Origin: Acidobacteriota bacterium
GTDB lineage: Bacteria > Acidobacteriota > UBA4820 > DSQY01
DNA length: 64,000 bases
NCBI GenBank assembly: GCA_021787565.1
Contig: JAJYLT010000004.1
Location: 52,295 to 116,294, forward strand
Direction: 5' to 3'
The position numbers and the translations under genes are program-made. Shown here piece after piece: positions 1-8,928 of this stretch. Numbering within the stretch: position 1 is the first letter of the stretch; the number at the start of each line of letters is the position of its first letter. Under the pieces are notes generated by a model. It saw only the letters and a list, made by a program, of their open reading frames with translations, did no database searches and was not told where the DNA came from.

Positions 1-1
1 C

Positions 2-751
2 AAGCGATGGATGGTGCTGGATTCAGGCAGCAGCGTCATGCTCATTGGTGAAGATACGGTGAAGTCCCTTCACCTGAAACCCGTTTCGCCGGCCCAGTAT
101 TCAGGGCTGGGATCGGGAATCACCAAGCAGACAGAATGGGTGCTCTGCCCGAAAGTGACCGTGGGAGGCGCCGTCATTCGGAATGTTCCCGCCATGGTGA
201 TCGCCAGGCACAGCGACTTCTGGGAGCGCCGGGGAATTTGCCCGCTGTCACTCTTTCGCCCGTGGGCAATCCTCTTTGATCGGCGCCACGGCCGCCTGAC
301 GTTGTATCCCTCTGGGACCGATCCGGATGCAGTCCTGGGCCCCGGCACGTTTCGCCTACCAGCGATTTGGAGCGGCGCCCATCCCTGCGCCGAGATTTCC
401 ATTCAGGGCCATCCCGGTTGCTTTTGCGCAATAGACACGGGCGCCGTCAACACGGCTATCGTCGGTCGATATGCCAAGTCGATCGGAGTCCAGCCGCTAT
501 TGGGCAGGTTTGGGGGCGTTCGCAACCTGACTGTGTCGGGTAGCTTCGATAGCGGCTTGGCTGAAAACGTATCGATCCAGTTTGGGACACAGCAATTGCA
601 TATGGGCGTGGTTCAGGTAGCGCCTTTTTCTTTGGATGGCCTGTTCTTTCCCGTTTACGCCAACCTCGGCCGGGACATCCTGGACCTCTATGAGGGCTTC
701 TATGATTGGCCTCACGACGTCGTAGCTTTCAAGGCCTACGACAAGGGCTGA
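2..751 (+). CDS. retropepsin-like (clan AA) aspartic protease domain protein; 5' end lies outside the window
   Basis: The reading frame is open from the window edge. It has two D-[ST]-G-type motifs (VLDSGSS near the start, AIDTGAV mid-protein). The C-terminal GRDILDLY region aligns by eye with the C-terminal half of the 38486..40000 protein (LDTGAES, LLDTGAP, GRDILNRY). Confidence 0.6.
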   Translation, partial: KRWMVLDSGSSVMLIGEDTVKSLHLKPVSPAQYSGLGSGITKQTEWVLCPKVTVGGAVIRNVPAMVIARHSDFWERRGICPLSLFRPWAILFDRRHGRLTLYPSGTDPDAVLGPGTFRLPAIWSGAHPCAEISIQGHPGCFCAIDTGAVNTAIVGRYAKSIGVQPLLGRFGGVRNLTVSGSFDSGLAENVSIQFGTQQLHMGVVQVAPFSLDGLFFPVYANLGRDILDLYEGFYDWPHDVVAFKAYDKG

Positions 752-948
752 CCCCTCCTGCTGGGAACGAAGAGAAGAAGCTGCCTGCAATAGACCTGAA
801 AGTTCGGCGGGCGGCTGAGGGATCTACGGTGTCGGACCTGAGACCGACGGTCCGCCGACGCCCGGGCGCCGGGTCCGCCTGATCTAACGGGTCGCGGGAG
901 GCTTCTCCAGCGGGCCGAGGGATTGAACCCGAACCTCGGCGGCTAAGG

Positions 949-1365
949 TCACGCCCCCCTGCCGCGAAAATGCGTGCCCGGCGGGAACCGCAGGCGGAAG
1001 GTGCCCGCCAGGACCGAGAGCAATTCCTCCTCGCCGCGCAGCGCCCGGGTCGTGACCCGTTCGCCCCTGTCCTCCACGAGCTCCATCCCTCGGAGGACCC
1101 AGCGCACCTCGGGCGCGGGAAGCTGGGCGGTGGCGGTGCGGACGAAGCGCGACTCGGGGTAGGTGGAGGTGAAGTGGTTCGCCACCACGTAGTCCACGTG
1201 GTGGCGAGGCTCCATCGTGAAGGCGTAGAGGTCCAGCCAGGACCCCTCCCTGAGCGACTGGAGCACCCAGGCCCCGTCCTCGGGCACGACGCGGTAGCTC
1301 CACGCGAACTGCCGCGCCGCCTCCCCCCTGCAAAGCCTGGCCGGAGAGCTTTTTCAAGGTGTGCT
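949..1365 (-). pseudogene. arylamine N-acetyltransferase, C-terminal fragment only
   Basis: The translation FAWSYRVVPEDGAWVLQSLREGSWLDLYAFTMEPRHHVDYVVANHFTSTYPESRFV fits the C-terminal domain pattern of NAT enzymes. The frame is closed by a stop at 1366-1368, so only about 140 codons remain. The N-terminal Cys-His-Asp catalytic part is absent, and the neighbouring gene ends at 1382. Confidence 0.55.
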
Positions 1366-1381
1366 TAGAGCCGGCGATGCC

Positions 1382-1819
1382 TCAGGACGCGGAGGTCGGC
1401 GACGAGGGAGAAACGGCCTGCTCGCCCGTCACCCCGAACTGGGCTTTGACGTTCTCTTTGAGCAACATCACGATCGTGAAGATGCCGAGCACCGTCCCGA
1501 AGGGCATGAACATGCAGGCCACCCCGGCCATGACGAGGCAGAATAGGTACCGCCTCCTCTGATCGAGGAACCGCCCGGCGAGAAAGAGGCAGACGGCGAA
1601 GGTGAAACCGCACGCGATGAAGATCGAGCCGAAGGCGATGAGGAACCAGCCCACCAGCGCGAAGGGAAAGGGCTCCTTCGGGTCGGTGAAGGCCCCCGAC
1701 ACCAGGCCGATGCCCACCGCGACGTGGATCGTGGGGACCAGAGAGAAGAGCGCGGCCATCCCCGCCACGACGTAATGGAAGATGCTCAACAGCCGAAGGT
1801 ATTGATCGTCCTGCGTCAT
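1382..1819 (-). CDS. small integral membrane protein (about 4 TM helices), unknown function
   Basis: 145-aa ORF with four long hydrophobic stretches (YVVAGMAALFSLV, ALVGWFLIAFGSIFIACGFTFAV, YLFCLVMAGVACMF, GTVLGIFTIVML). Codon usage is GC3-rich like the flanking genes. Confidence 0.6.
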   Translation of the reverse strand: MTQDDQYLRLLSIFHYVVAGMAALFSLVPTIHVAVGIGLVSGAFTDPKEPFPFALVGWFLIAFGSIFIACGFTFAVCLFLAGRFLDQRRRYLFCLVMAGVACMFMPFGTVLGIFTIVMLLKENVKAQFGVTGEQAVSPSSPTSAS

Positions 1820-1969
1820 CGGAGTCCCTCCTCGCAGTTCATGCGAAGCCCGGGTTCAGCGCCTTCCGCTCGCCAGCATGCGCCTCGTGACGAACCCTGA
1901 CGTCTCTCCGCCCTGGCCCCGTGTGCCGCGCCGCAGGCCGTATATCCGGCGCCCAGGTCTCCCTCCCGT

Positions 1970-2731
1970 TCACGGAGTGGCGGGCGGGTTGAAGACGAGG
2001 GCGGAATCGGGGACGGCGGCATTGAGCGCGGGCTCATAGGTGGTCACCTCGACGGCGTCCCCCCTGCTAGTGGGTAGGGTCATCTCGACCTTCCGCACGA
2101 CGTAGGTGGCCTCGTCGATCCATACGGTCCAAGAAAGTATCGGGTATGGCCTGGGGAGCTTCCGCTTCTCCGCCACTTTGGGAGGGGGAGGAGGAATTTT
2201 GCCCTCGACCACGAAGCACGCGTGCCCCTCGACCGGCTCGTCGGCCTTGTGTACGGCATCGGTCAGGTCGCTCAACCGCCGACCTTCGACCTCCTTCGGC
2301 ATGAGCAGTGAGGGGACGGTGTGGGCCGACCCTGCCGACACGCCCGTGGCCGCCGCGAGGGCCATGTTCAGCGAATCCTCCTTCTTCACGCCCGGCCGAA
2401 GGTCCCACCAGCTCCTCACCTCGCCCCCGTGTCGCCAGATGACGTATTCCGGCGCTCCCGTGGAGGAGCCCTCCTCCGCGTACTCGAAGTGGAACCGGTC
2501 CGGCCGCACGAAGGCCGTCGAGAAGGACAACTCCCTCGTTGACGTCCCGTCGCCCGTGTGAAAGGTCGTCACCACGCTCCCCGTGTCCCGGTACGAGGCG
2601 CACTCGGCGTACACCTGCGCCGTTCGCGCCAGGATCTCCTTCGCCGGCTGTGGGTCGGGCGCGGCGCTGGCGGCCTTCTCCGGCGCGGCGTCGCGGTCGG
2701 CGCAGGCGAGGCCGTACAGCGGCAGCTTCAC
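1970..2731 (-). CDS. LolA-like / DUF2092-like secreted protein or lipoprotein
   Basis: 253-aa ORF with a GTG start. The N-terminus KLPLYGLAC is followed by an Ala/Pro-rich linker. The beta-rich body has the AKEIL..YAECASYRDTGSV pattern seen in LolA-fold proteins. The signal peptide is unusually short and the frame is open upstream without a start codon, so the 5' end is uncertain. Confidence 0.5.
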   Translation of the reverse strand: MKLPLYGLACADRDAAPEKAASAAPDPQPAKEILARTAQVYAECASYRDTGSVVTTFHTGDGTSTRELSFSTAFVRPDRFHFEYAEEGSSTGAPEYVIWRHGGEVRSWWDLRPGVKKEDSLNMALAAATGVSAGSAHTVPSLLMPKEVEGRRLSDLTDAVHKADEPVEGHACFVVEGKIPPPPPKVAEKRKLPRPYPILSWTVWIDEATYVVRKVEMTLPTSRGDAVEVTTYEPALNAAVPDSALVFNPPATP

Positions 2732-3204
2732 CGCCGCCTGCTTGCGGATGAACGCCGTGAAGGCGGGATCGGCGAGAGAGAACCGCCGCGAGCAGAAGAC
2801 GTACCCAGCGATAACGGGAGTGCTGGTCGCCGGGGAGCGGGTCGTTCCCCCGACAAAGGTAGAGCCGTCGCACGGCGATCCCCTCAGACGCCAGCGCCGC
2901 CCATAGGCGCTCCTGCCCCAAAGGCACGTTATGCTTCCGGTCCATCACCCCTCCCTCGGCCATCCTGGCCCTCTCGTGCGGTTACGTGCCTCATGCCCAT
3001 CCTTCGCGGCCTCCCCTCCCAGGGGGAACTCGCCTTTCCTCACCAACTGTCGCTCCGCGACTCTTTGGCGAGGGCGATGCCGAGTTCGGTGAAGGAGGCC
3101 ATGGCCTCGGGGGCGCCGGCCTCGCAGCCCAGGGAGAGCGTCATCTCAAGATCTGACCCCCAGGCTTTCCGGAGGGATTACACTCCTCTCTGGAGGGTTC
3201 AGAC

Positions 3205-4522
3205 ATGAGGAAGGAGCTGGGGCCTGTCCCGAGACTGGACGAGGATTGGGAAGTGATTCTGCGGCATCTGCCAGAAGGCTGGGAAGATAAGGCCCTCGAG
3301 CTGGGAGCGATGACGCGGGCCCGGGGGTTCGAGAGTCCCGAGGCGCTGCTCCGGACGCTCCTGATTCATCTCTCGCAGGGGTGTTCCCTGAGGGAGACGG
3401 TAGTCAGGGCCCAGGAGGGAGGGATCGCCTGTGTGTCCGATGTGGCCCTATTCAAGCGGCTTCGCGCCTCGGGGGAATGGCTCCGCTGGATGGCGGGAGG
3501 CCTCTTGGGTGGCGCTTCCTGGACCGGGGTGCATGATGGAGGCCTGCGGGCGAGGGCCGTGGACGCAACGGTGGTTAGCGAGCCGGGCAGCACGGGCACG
3601 GACTGGCGCCTGCACTACGCGATCGACCTCAAGAGCCTAAACTGTGATCACTTCGAACTCACGGACGCTACCGGCGGTGAGTCGCTCCTGCGGGTACCCA
3701 TCTCGCCTGGCGACCTCCTCATCGGTGACAGGGCGTACGGCGGGGCGCCGGGGGTGAGGCACACGGTGCAATCGGGTGGGCACGTGCTCATCCGCTTGCG
3801 GCTGAACGGTCTCAGGTTGGCCACCCCCAGGGGAGTCGCCTTCAGCCCCCTCCACCGCGCCCGGCACCTCGAGGCCGGCGAGATCGGGGAGTGGCCCGTG
3901 TGCGCACTGGGAGCGGGCGAACCTATCCGGGGCAGGGTCTGCGCAGTGAGGAAGAGCAGGGCCGCCGCGGCCGAGGCGGAGAAGCGGTTGCTGAAGGAGT
4001 GCTCCAAGAAAGGGAAGAAGCCCACTCCGGCGGCGTTGGATGCGGCAAATTTCGTGCTCCTGTTCACCACGATCTCCGTTCAAGCCCTGTCCCGGTGGGA
4101 TGTGTGCGAACTGTACCGGGCTCGCTGGCAAATCGAACTCGCGTTCAAGCGGCTGAAATCCATCATGGCCCTCGGTCATTTGCCGAAGCACGACCCGGAG
4201 AGTTGCAAAGCCTGGCTCCACGGTAAGCTGTTCGTGGCCCTCCTGCTGGAGAGGACACTGGAAAGTGCCCGCGCATTTTCCCCCTGGGGGTACCGTGCGG
4301 CGTAGAAGACGCGGTATCCGGTTGGACCTTGTGGACAACCGCTGGCGCGAGTCAGCCTATCTCCTGCGAGAAATCCAGCGGGCGGTAGATCCATCGCCAG
4401 GCCTTGCTTCCAGTGTGTGCCAGTGGCGCAAGATCGAAAAGAGACTCAGGGCTTCCCATCGCTGGCGGTGGACGCAGATGGAGGAGTTAGACGCATTAGG
4501 TATAGTCGATGCGTTATCTTAA
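3205..4522 (+). mobile_element. IS4-family DDE transposase gene, interrupted by a +1 frame change near 4265-4305
   Basis: ORF 3205..4305 carries LIGDRAYGG and the IS4 Y-x2-R-x3-E-x6-K signature (YRARWQIELAFKRLK). It stops right after FSPWGY. A transposase-type C-terminus (NRWRESAYLLREIQRAVDP...WRKIEKRL) continues in ORF 4265..4522 in another frame. The element ends are not resolved. Confidence 0.75.
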
Positions 4523-4590
4523 GTTAGCGCTTATGCCCGTGAACCCCCTACCTATTCTCTCAGAATTCGGTAACGACCTTCTGATGCATG

Positions 4591-4606
4591 GGTCAGGCCT
4601 TCAGTG
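4591..4606. repeat. half copy (R-arm GGTCAGGCCTTCAGTG) of the island-specific palindromic element
   Basis: Matches the 5' arm of the elements at 7121 and 7910. No partner arm follows. A reversed fragment of the other arm (CTTAAGTTAGCGC) lies at about 4519-4531. Confidence 0.6.
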
Positions 4607-4677
4607 CTGGTCCTTTCCAACTCCTTCAGCAATGGCCTGGCCCCTTTTCCCGCATGCCCCCATTTCTCGCACTTGCC

Positions 4678-7110
4678 TCAATCCGTGCCGCTACATTCTA
4701 GCGAGGCCCGAAATGCGGGATGCACCACATACCACCCCGCACCCCCCTCAATCGGAACCATCAACTTTCTGAGGTCATACCTCATCTCGTAAGAATACCG
4801 TGGCCTTTCATCCTTCTTCCCTTGCACACCCAGAAAGCCATACCATGCGAGAAGCATCGCCGCATCGTCAACCTGTTCGGACGACAATCCTGCCCCCAAG
4901 AGAAGCTTCTTCACTTGGTCAGGCGGCAGGCACACGTCGCACCCAAGGAACACATACAGAATGTCCGGAATGCCTGGGTACACATCGCTCAATTCCGATC
5001 CCGCCAGCTGAAGCATGTCGTATGAATAATCGGCTTCCGCCTGCTTGAGATCTTCCCCCTGGACCCTATCGTGTCCCCGATTTATGGCAACCTCAATGGC
5101 CCGATGCAGAAACGAAAGAAAGTCCCTTGGTCGCATAAATGTTCTCTCAACGATATATTGAAAGGAATCCGAGGTATCGACGTATCGGTCAAATACTGCG
5201 CGCCATGTCTCTTGGAAGGAACCATTAAGGCCACCCGATGCTATAGCCCGTAATCGGAACAGTTCCTTGAACAGCTCCGTGTCTGCCCAGTCAAGAATAA
5301 TCGCTGTATCCTTTCCCTTATCGGCGGTTTCTCGGACGAGATGTTCATAAATGTCATTTCGGAGAAACACGAGACAATGGAAACGGACTCCCTGCTCTTC
5401 CAACTGGCCTTGAAGCTTCCGCGTGGCTTCAAGCAAGGTTCTAATGATTAGAACGTCGGACGCAGTTGTGCCCCTGGTAGGCCATCCTTTGTCAAGATTA
5501 TCAATGACGAGAGCTACCTCATCTTTGTCGCCGAGGTAATTTGCAACCGCGCAGTTCAATTGAGGAATGTCCTTCACGTATAGTAGCTCGGTTAGTTGGC
5601 TCGGGGATGGGACACCTCCCAGTTTCTTGCAGGCATTAGAAATGCTATTAACAAAGGCAAAGAGTCGCTCAGAGAAATCACCTCTTTCCGCATGCCCTAG
5701 CTTAGAGTCAATTAATGCGACCGCTTCATACCGTTTCCGCCGTTCTGGATCCCGGCTGGCCCATGGCTCCTCATCTTCAGTTATCTTGTGCGCAAGTTCT
5801 GCTAGGAGGATGGCATTCCAAAACGCGGTCATGGTATGTTCCTGCAGTCCAGGGGTTAGTTTCTCCAGTACCGATTCCCGTAATTTTGTGAATTGGTGCC
5901 CTTCGGGTTTCAGATCTAATACAAAGCGTGAGCGACTGTTCCCGAAAGAATCTTTGTACGCATAGAAGATTGCTGTCTTTCCCGAACCCTTTCTTCCAAT
6001 TACCAGCCTAGCGTAGCCTTGCTTAGCTTGTTGATATTGACCTGTCTTTAAGAAGTATGCCTTAAGGGGTTGGCGTTCGTTTTCAGCCGCGACGTCACCA
6101 ATATCCAACTTTTCAAGAAGTCCCTCTGGGGGCACGACTTGCCTGGTTTCCTGCCTTTGAAGCCAATTGATTATTTGCGTTATGGTGGGCTCCACCAAAC
6201 GAGGGACTTGATTGGGATCAGTGTAGCTCTTGGCCATGTCTCTATAGTCAATCGGCTGTTGAACATGCCCTTCTTGCAGCATTAATACGGCCTTCTTTGA
6301 TGCCATAGCTAGCCCGGCCGCAAATGCGCATCGTGCATTATGGACCTCAGCGCCTTTTCTTTCCTTGCTCAATAGGTGTGTAATGACGCCCAACGAGCTG
6401 CCCACTTGCCTTCGCACTTCATATAAGGACATTCTCGGCGTTTCAGTGGGATCAAACATCCGGAATTTTACGGCAGATCTTTTCAGGCTTGCTAGAAGGC
6501 GCACCTGGCCCTCAGTTTGCAGTGGACCAGCGAGCACATATAACGGAGCCTCAATGTTGATTGGGGCTGTAGTTGCAGCAAGCGCTACCAGGGGTAGGCA
6601 CTGTTTGATTCTTGCGCTGAGTTGTTCGGAATTCTGAAAGTCTGTATATCCCATTGTATCAAGCAAGCCCAGATCATCAAAGGCTCTCTTATCCTTAATA
6701 AAGGACGCATCTCGTATAGGCGCCACTGGGATTTCAAGCCCCAGTGCAAAACCTATCTCAAACAGAACGTTGAAATTGAGAGTGGTCACATCGGCAAAGA
6801 GATAGTTTGTTCGCCTCATCGCTTTGCAAATTGAACAAAATACTATCTGTCCTGCTATGTGCAAATCCTCCCAACTGCTCCATGGGCTCCCCGACGCATC
6901 TTGCTTAAGAATTGCAATGGCGGCCTTTATCGTCGCCGCAATCATGGGTGGATCTGATGGATAGAGGAACAAGCCATCCCCAGGCTCTGGCTCTGTCAGG
7001 TCCTGGTCACACTGTCCTGATGCATACTGACAAAAGGAAGGCGGCATCGAAAGGGAAGATTGGTCGTTCACAGGCTTTCTCCTAAAGGGATCTGAACACA
7101 GCTTCATCAA
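4678..7110 (-). CDS. tandem TIR-like / nucleoside 2-deoxyribosyltransferase-like domains fused to a P-loop NTPase (candidate defence protein)
   Basis: 810-aa ORF. The N-terminal ~330 aa hold two flavodoxin-like modules; the first ends in YLFADVTTLNFNVLFEIGFALGL, an acidic motif reminiscent of TIR-like/NDT-like folds (COG4271, CAP12/Pycsar-effector-type TIR). Walker A is GRKGSGKT and the Walker B-like motif is EVALVIDNLDKGW. An alternative GTG start at 7071 is preceded by AGGAG. Confidence 0.65.
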   Translation of the reverse strand: MMKLCSDPFRRKPVNDQSSLSMPPSFCQYASGQCDQDLTEPEPGDGLFLYPSDPPMIAATIKAAIAILKQDASGSPWSSWEDLHIAGQIVFCSICKAMRRTNYLFADVTTLNFNVLFEIGFALGLEIPVAPIRDASFIKDKRAFDDLGLLDTMGYTDFQNSEQLSARIKQCLPLVALAATTAPINIEAPLYVLAGPLQTEGQVRLLASLKRSAVKFRMFDPTETPRMSLYEVRRQVGSSLGVITHLLSKERKGAEVHNARCAFAAGLAMASKKAVLMLQEGHVQQPIDYRDMAKSYTDPNQVPRLVEPTITQIINWLQRQETRQVVPPEGLLEKLDIGDVAAENERQPLKAYFLKTGQYQQAKQGYARLVIGRKGSGKTAIFYAYKDSFGNSRSRFVLDLKPEGHQFTKLRESVLEKLTPGLQEHTMTAFWNAILLAELAHKITEDEEPWASRDPERRKRYEAVALIDSKLGHAERGDFSERLFAFVNSISNACKKLGGVPSPSQLTELLYVKDIPQLNCAVANYLGDKDEVALVIDNLDKGWPTRGTTASDVLIIRTLLEATRKLQGQLEEQGVRFHCLVFLRNDIYEHLVRETADKGKDTAIILDWADTELFKELFRLRAIASGGLNGSFQETWRAVFDRYVDTSDSFQYIVERTFMRPRDFLSFLHRAIEVAINRGHDRVQGEDLKQAEADYSYDMLQLAGSELSDVYPGIPDILYVFLGCDVCLPPDQVKKLLLGAGLSSEQVDDAAMLLAWYGFLGVQGKKDERPRYSYEMRYDLRKLMVPIEGGAGWYVVHPAFRASLECSGTD

Positions 7111-7120
7111 ATGATCGAGC

Positions 7121-7170
7121 GGTCAGGTCTTCGGTGTTGGTTATGGGGGCGCTAACAGTAAAGACTGACC
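7121..7170. repeat. island-specific ~50-bp imperfect palindrome (full copy)
   Basis: GGTCAGGTCTTCGGTGTTGG-TTATGGGGGCG-CTAACAGTAAAGACTGACC. The outer stem is about 10 bp with a bulge and the inner stem pairs TGTTGG with CTAACA. It lies between the lipoprotein gene and the 810-aa gene. Confidence 0.8.
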
Positions 7171-7303
7171 TTTCCAATTGCCTGTCGGGTGCGCAACGCC
7201 GCCTCCGAGTGTTATCTCCCCTCACTGTTCCTTCGGCCTGCGACCTGCTTCGCTCGAGCTAACGGCTATCCAAGCCACCTCCCGCGCCATGACCAACTGC
7301 TCC

Positions 7304-7843
7304 TCAGGCTTTCCAATGAAATATCTGGCTCAACGTTTTGTCGGCTGCATCATCGATGAATCGCATTGGACTCCCCGGTGCCAAAGTGAAGCCGGTAGCC
7401 GTTCGATTGTAGCTAGATGCGGCCAGCATGGTGTGAGTTCGGGCATCGAACACCTCTAGTGAGATGCCCGCCTTATCCCCATTGCCCGACCAAGCCGTAG
7501 CATTATCTTCCCAGTTCGTAAAGCTGGGCCGAACAAGATAATCAAATGAATTCTCCTTGGCTTCCCTGTATCCCGCTTCGAGCGCGGTGGCTTGTGTGAT
7601 CGAGATTTTCATGGAATGCTGCATCATTCGATCCCGTACTGCGGACACGAGTGCATTTGAAGAGCCCTTAGTAACCTCTTCCCCCCGTTCTTGCGCATCA
7701 TCGCAGGATAGTATCAGGAACTTCCCAGCCGGGTTTATTGATTGCCCTGGCACCACTTCCCCAACAACTCTAGTACGGGGTACAGAGCATGCCAGGCACA
7801 GACCGAAGACGACGGCAATGGCTGATGGTAAGTAGAGTTTCAT
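7304..7843 (-). CDS. lipoprotein, DUF4823-like, unknown function
   Basis: 179-aa ORF with a good RBS (AGAGGAGGGG) and a signal peptide with lipobox (VFGLCLAC-S). The FTNWEDNATAWSGNGDK segment resembles the DUF4823 lipoprotein family from memory. Confidence 0.6.
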   Translation of the reverse strand: MKLYLPSAIAVVFGLCLACSVPRTRVVGEVVPGQSINPAGKFLILSCDDAQERGEEVTKGSSNALVSAVRDRMMQHSMKISITQATALEAGYREAKENSFDYLVRPSFTNWEDNATAWSGNGDKAGISLEVFDARTHTMLAASSYNRTATGFTLAPGSPMRFIDDAADKTLSQIFHWKA

Positions 7844-7909
7844 GTCCCCTCCTCTTTACCCAACTAGATAGCGTGGGCTTCGCACTTATAGTACCCACTG
7901 AGACGCAGG

Positions 7910-7962
7910 GGTCAGGTCTTCAGTGTAAGTCATTTCGGACGCTAACAGTAAAGATTTGACCC
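7910..7962. repeat. island-specific ~50-bp imperfect palindrome (full copy)
   Basis: GGTCAGGTCTTCAGTGTAAG...GACGCTAACAGTAAAGATTTGACC. Two stem positions are G-T, which would be G-U pairs only in a plus-strand transcript. It starts 16 nt after the stop of 7978..8541. Confidence 0.8.
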
Positions 7963-7977
7963 CATTTCCGCGCAACA

Positions 7978-8541
7978 TCACGGCTTTCCCGCCTCTCTTG
8001 GGGCTGGCTTCTCCTTGCCTTCAGGTTTTTCCGCTCCAGGGGCAGCCACTTTGTCACCGGGCCGGGGAGAGACGAGGATTTGAACGTCCCCTGACTCCAG
8101 CGGGAGAATTACTTCAATCTTCTTTATGGTCCTGGCCTGCCCAGAACCGGAGGTGGCCACATTGCTGATCAAAGCTCCGGCCAGAAGGACATAGCCCAGG
8201 ACGAACGTCCACATCATGATGTTGTACGACCATTTTACCCAAGGTCCCAATGCTGGCGGCTCTGGAGGGGCGCCGGCAGCATCAGGGGCAGGTACTCTCA
8301 GGTCACGCCAAGCCGAGAAGGACGTAAAGACCCCAGAAAGCGCAGAGATCGCCAGTAATACCCAGGCCGCAATCATGGGGAACTTCCCGTGCGGCGCACC
8401 CTGAAAGCGGTCATAGAAATAGGTCCCGGATAGAACCAAGGCTCCTGTTGCTACACCGACCAACCAGTTGCTGCCATCCCGGATCCATTCCAGCCTTTTC
8501 GAATGCAGGTCAGCCTCTCCCATCAGCCACCCCCTACCCAC
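7978..8541 (-). CDS. membrane protein (3 TM helices) with charged Pro/Lys-rich tail, unknown function
   Basis: 187-aa ORF. Hydrophobic segments are WLVGVATGALVLSGTYF, MIAAWVLLAISALSGVFTSF and IMMWTFVLGYVLLAGALI. It lies 19 nt downstream of the 93-aa ORF, so co-transcription is likely. Confidence 0.6.
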   Translation of the reverse strand: MGRGWLMGEADLHSKRLEWIRDGSNWLVGVATGALVLSGTYFYDRFQGAPHGKFPMIAAWVLLAISALSGVFTSFSAWRDLRVPAPDAAGAPPEPPALGPWVKWSYNIMMWTFVLGYVLLAGALISNVATSGSGQARTIKKIEVILPLESGDVQILVSPRPGDKVAAPGAEKPEGKEKPAPREAGKP

Positions 8542-8560
8542 CTAGCCGAATGCGCCCTCC

Positions 8561-8842
8561 TCACGAGGCACAGAGTGGGCATCCGCTCGAGAAGGCATGC
8601 CGGAGATTGACGTGAGTCATTCCCAGGTTTCCTCCCCTCCTAAGCTCCGCGACAAGCCTCCCGGAGGCCCAATATGTCGCTTCCAGGAGGTCGTCGTTCG
8701 CCGCCCGATGGATAGCCGAGGCGTATTGCTTAATGATGGAATCCGCGATGGCCTCAGCCTCCGGCCTCCAGATCGGAACGGAATGAATGAGGTTACTTAT
8801 GAGAATGTCCCGTGCGCGGTCTACGACGCTGCCATCCGCCAT
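8561..8842 (-). CDS. small soluble hypothetical protein (93 aa)
   Basis: Intact ORF with an ATG start, immediately upstream of the membrane-protein gene. No recognisable motif. Confidence 0.45.
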   Translation of the reverse strand: MADGSVVDRARDILISNLIHSVPIWRPEAEAIADSIIKQYASAIHRAANDDLLEATYWASGRLVAELRRGGNLGMTHVNLRHAFSSGCPLCAS

Positions 8843-8928
8843 GGTCCTCCTCCCTCAGTGGGGTTCCCTCTCAAGAATGCGACATTCCTGCTGTTCTGCC
8901 TAGAAGCAGAACCCGCATTTCAAGAGCA

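Noticed and set aside
2067-2963. 298-aa ORF overlapping the LolA-like gene
   Set aside because: Only the first ~30 residues look protein-like; the rest is Arg/Gly-rich and out of frame with 1970..2731. I treated it as a possible gene remnant (see the finding on flank decay), not as a CDS.
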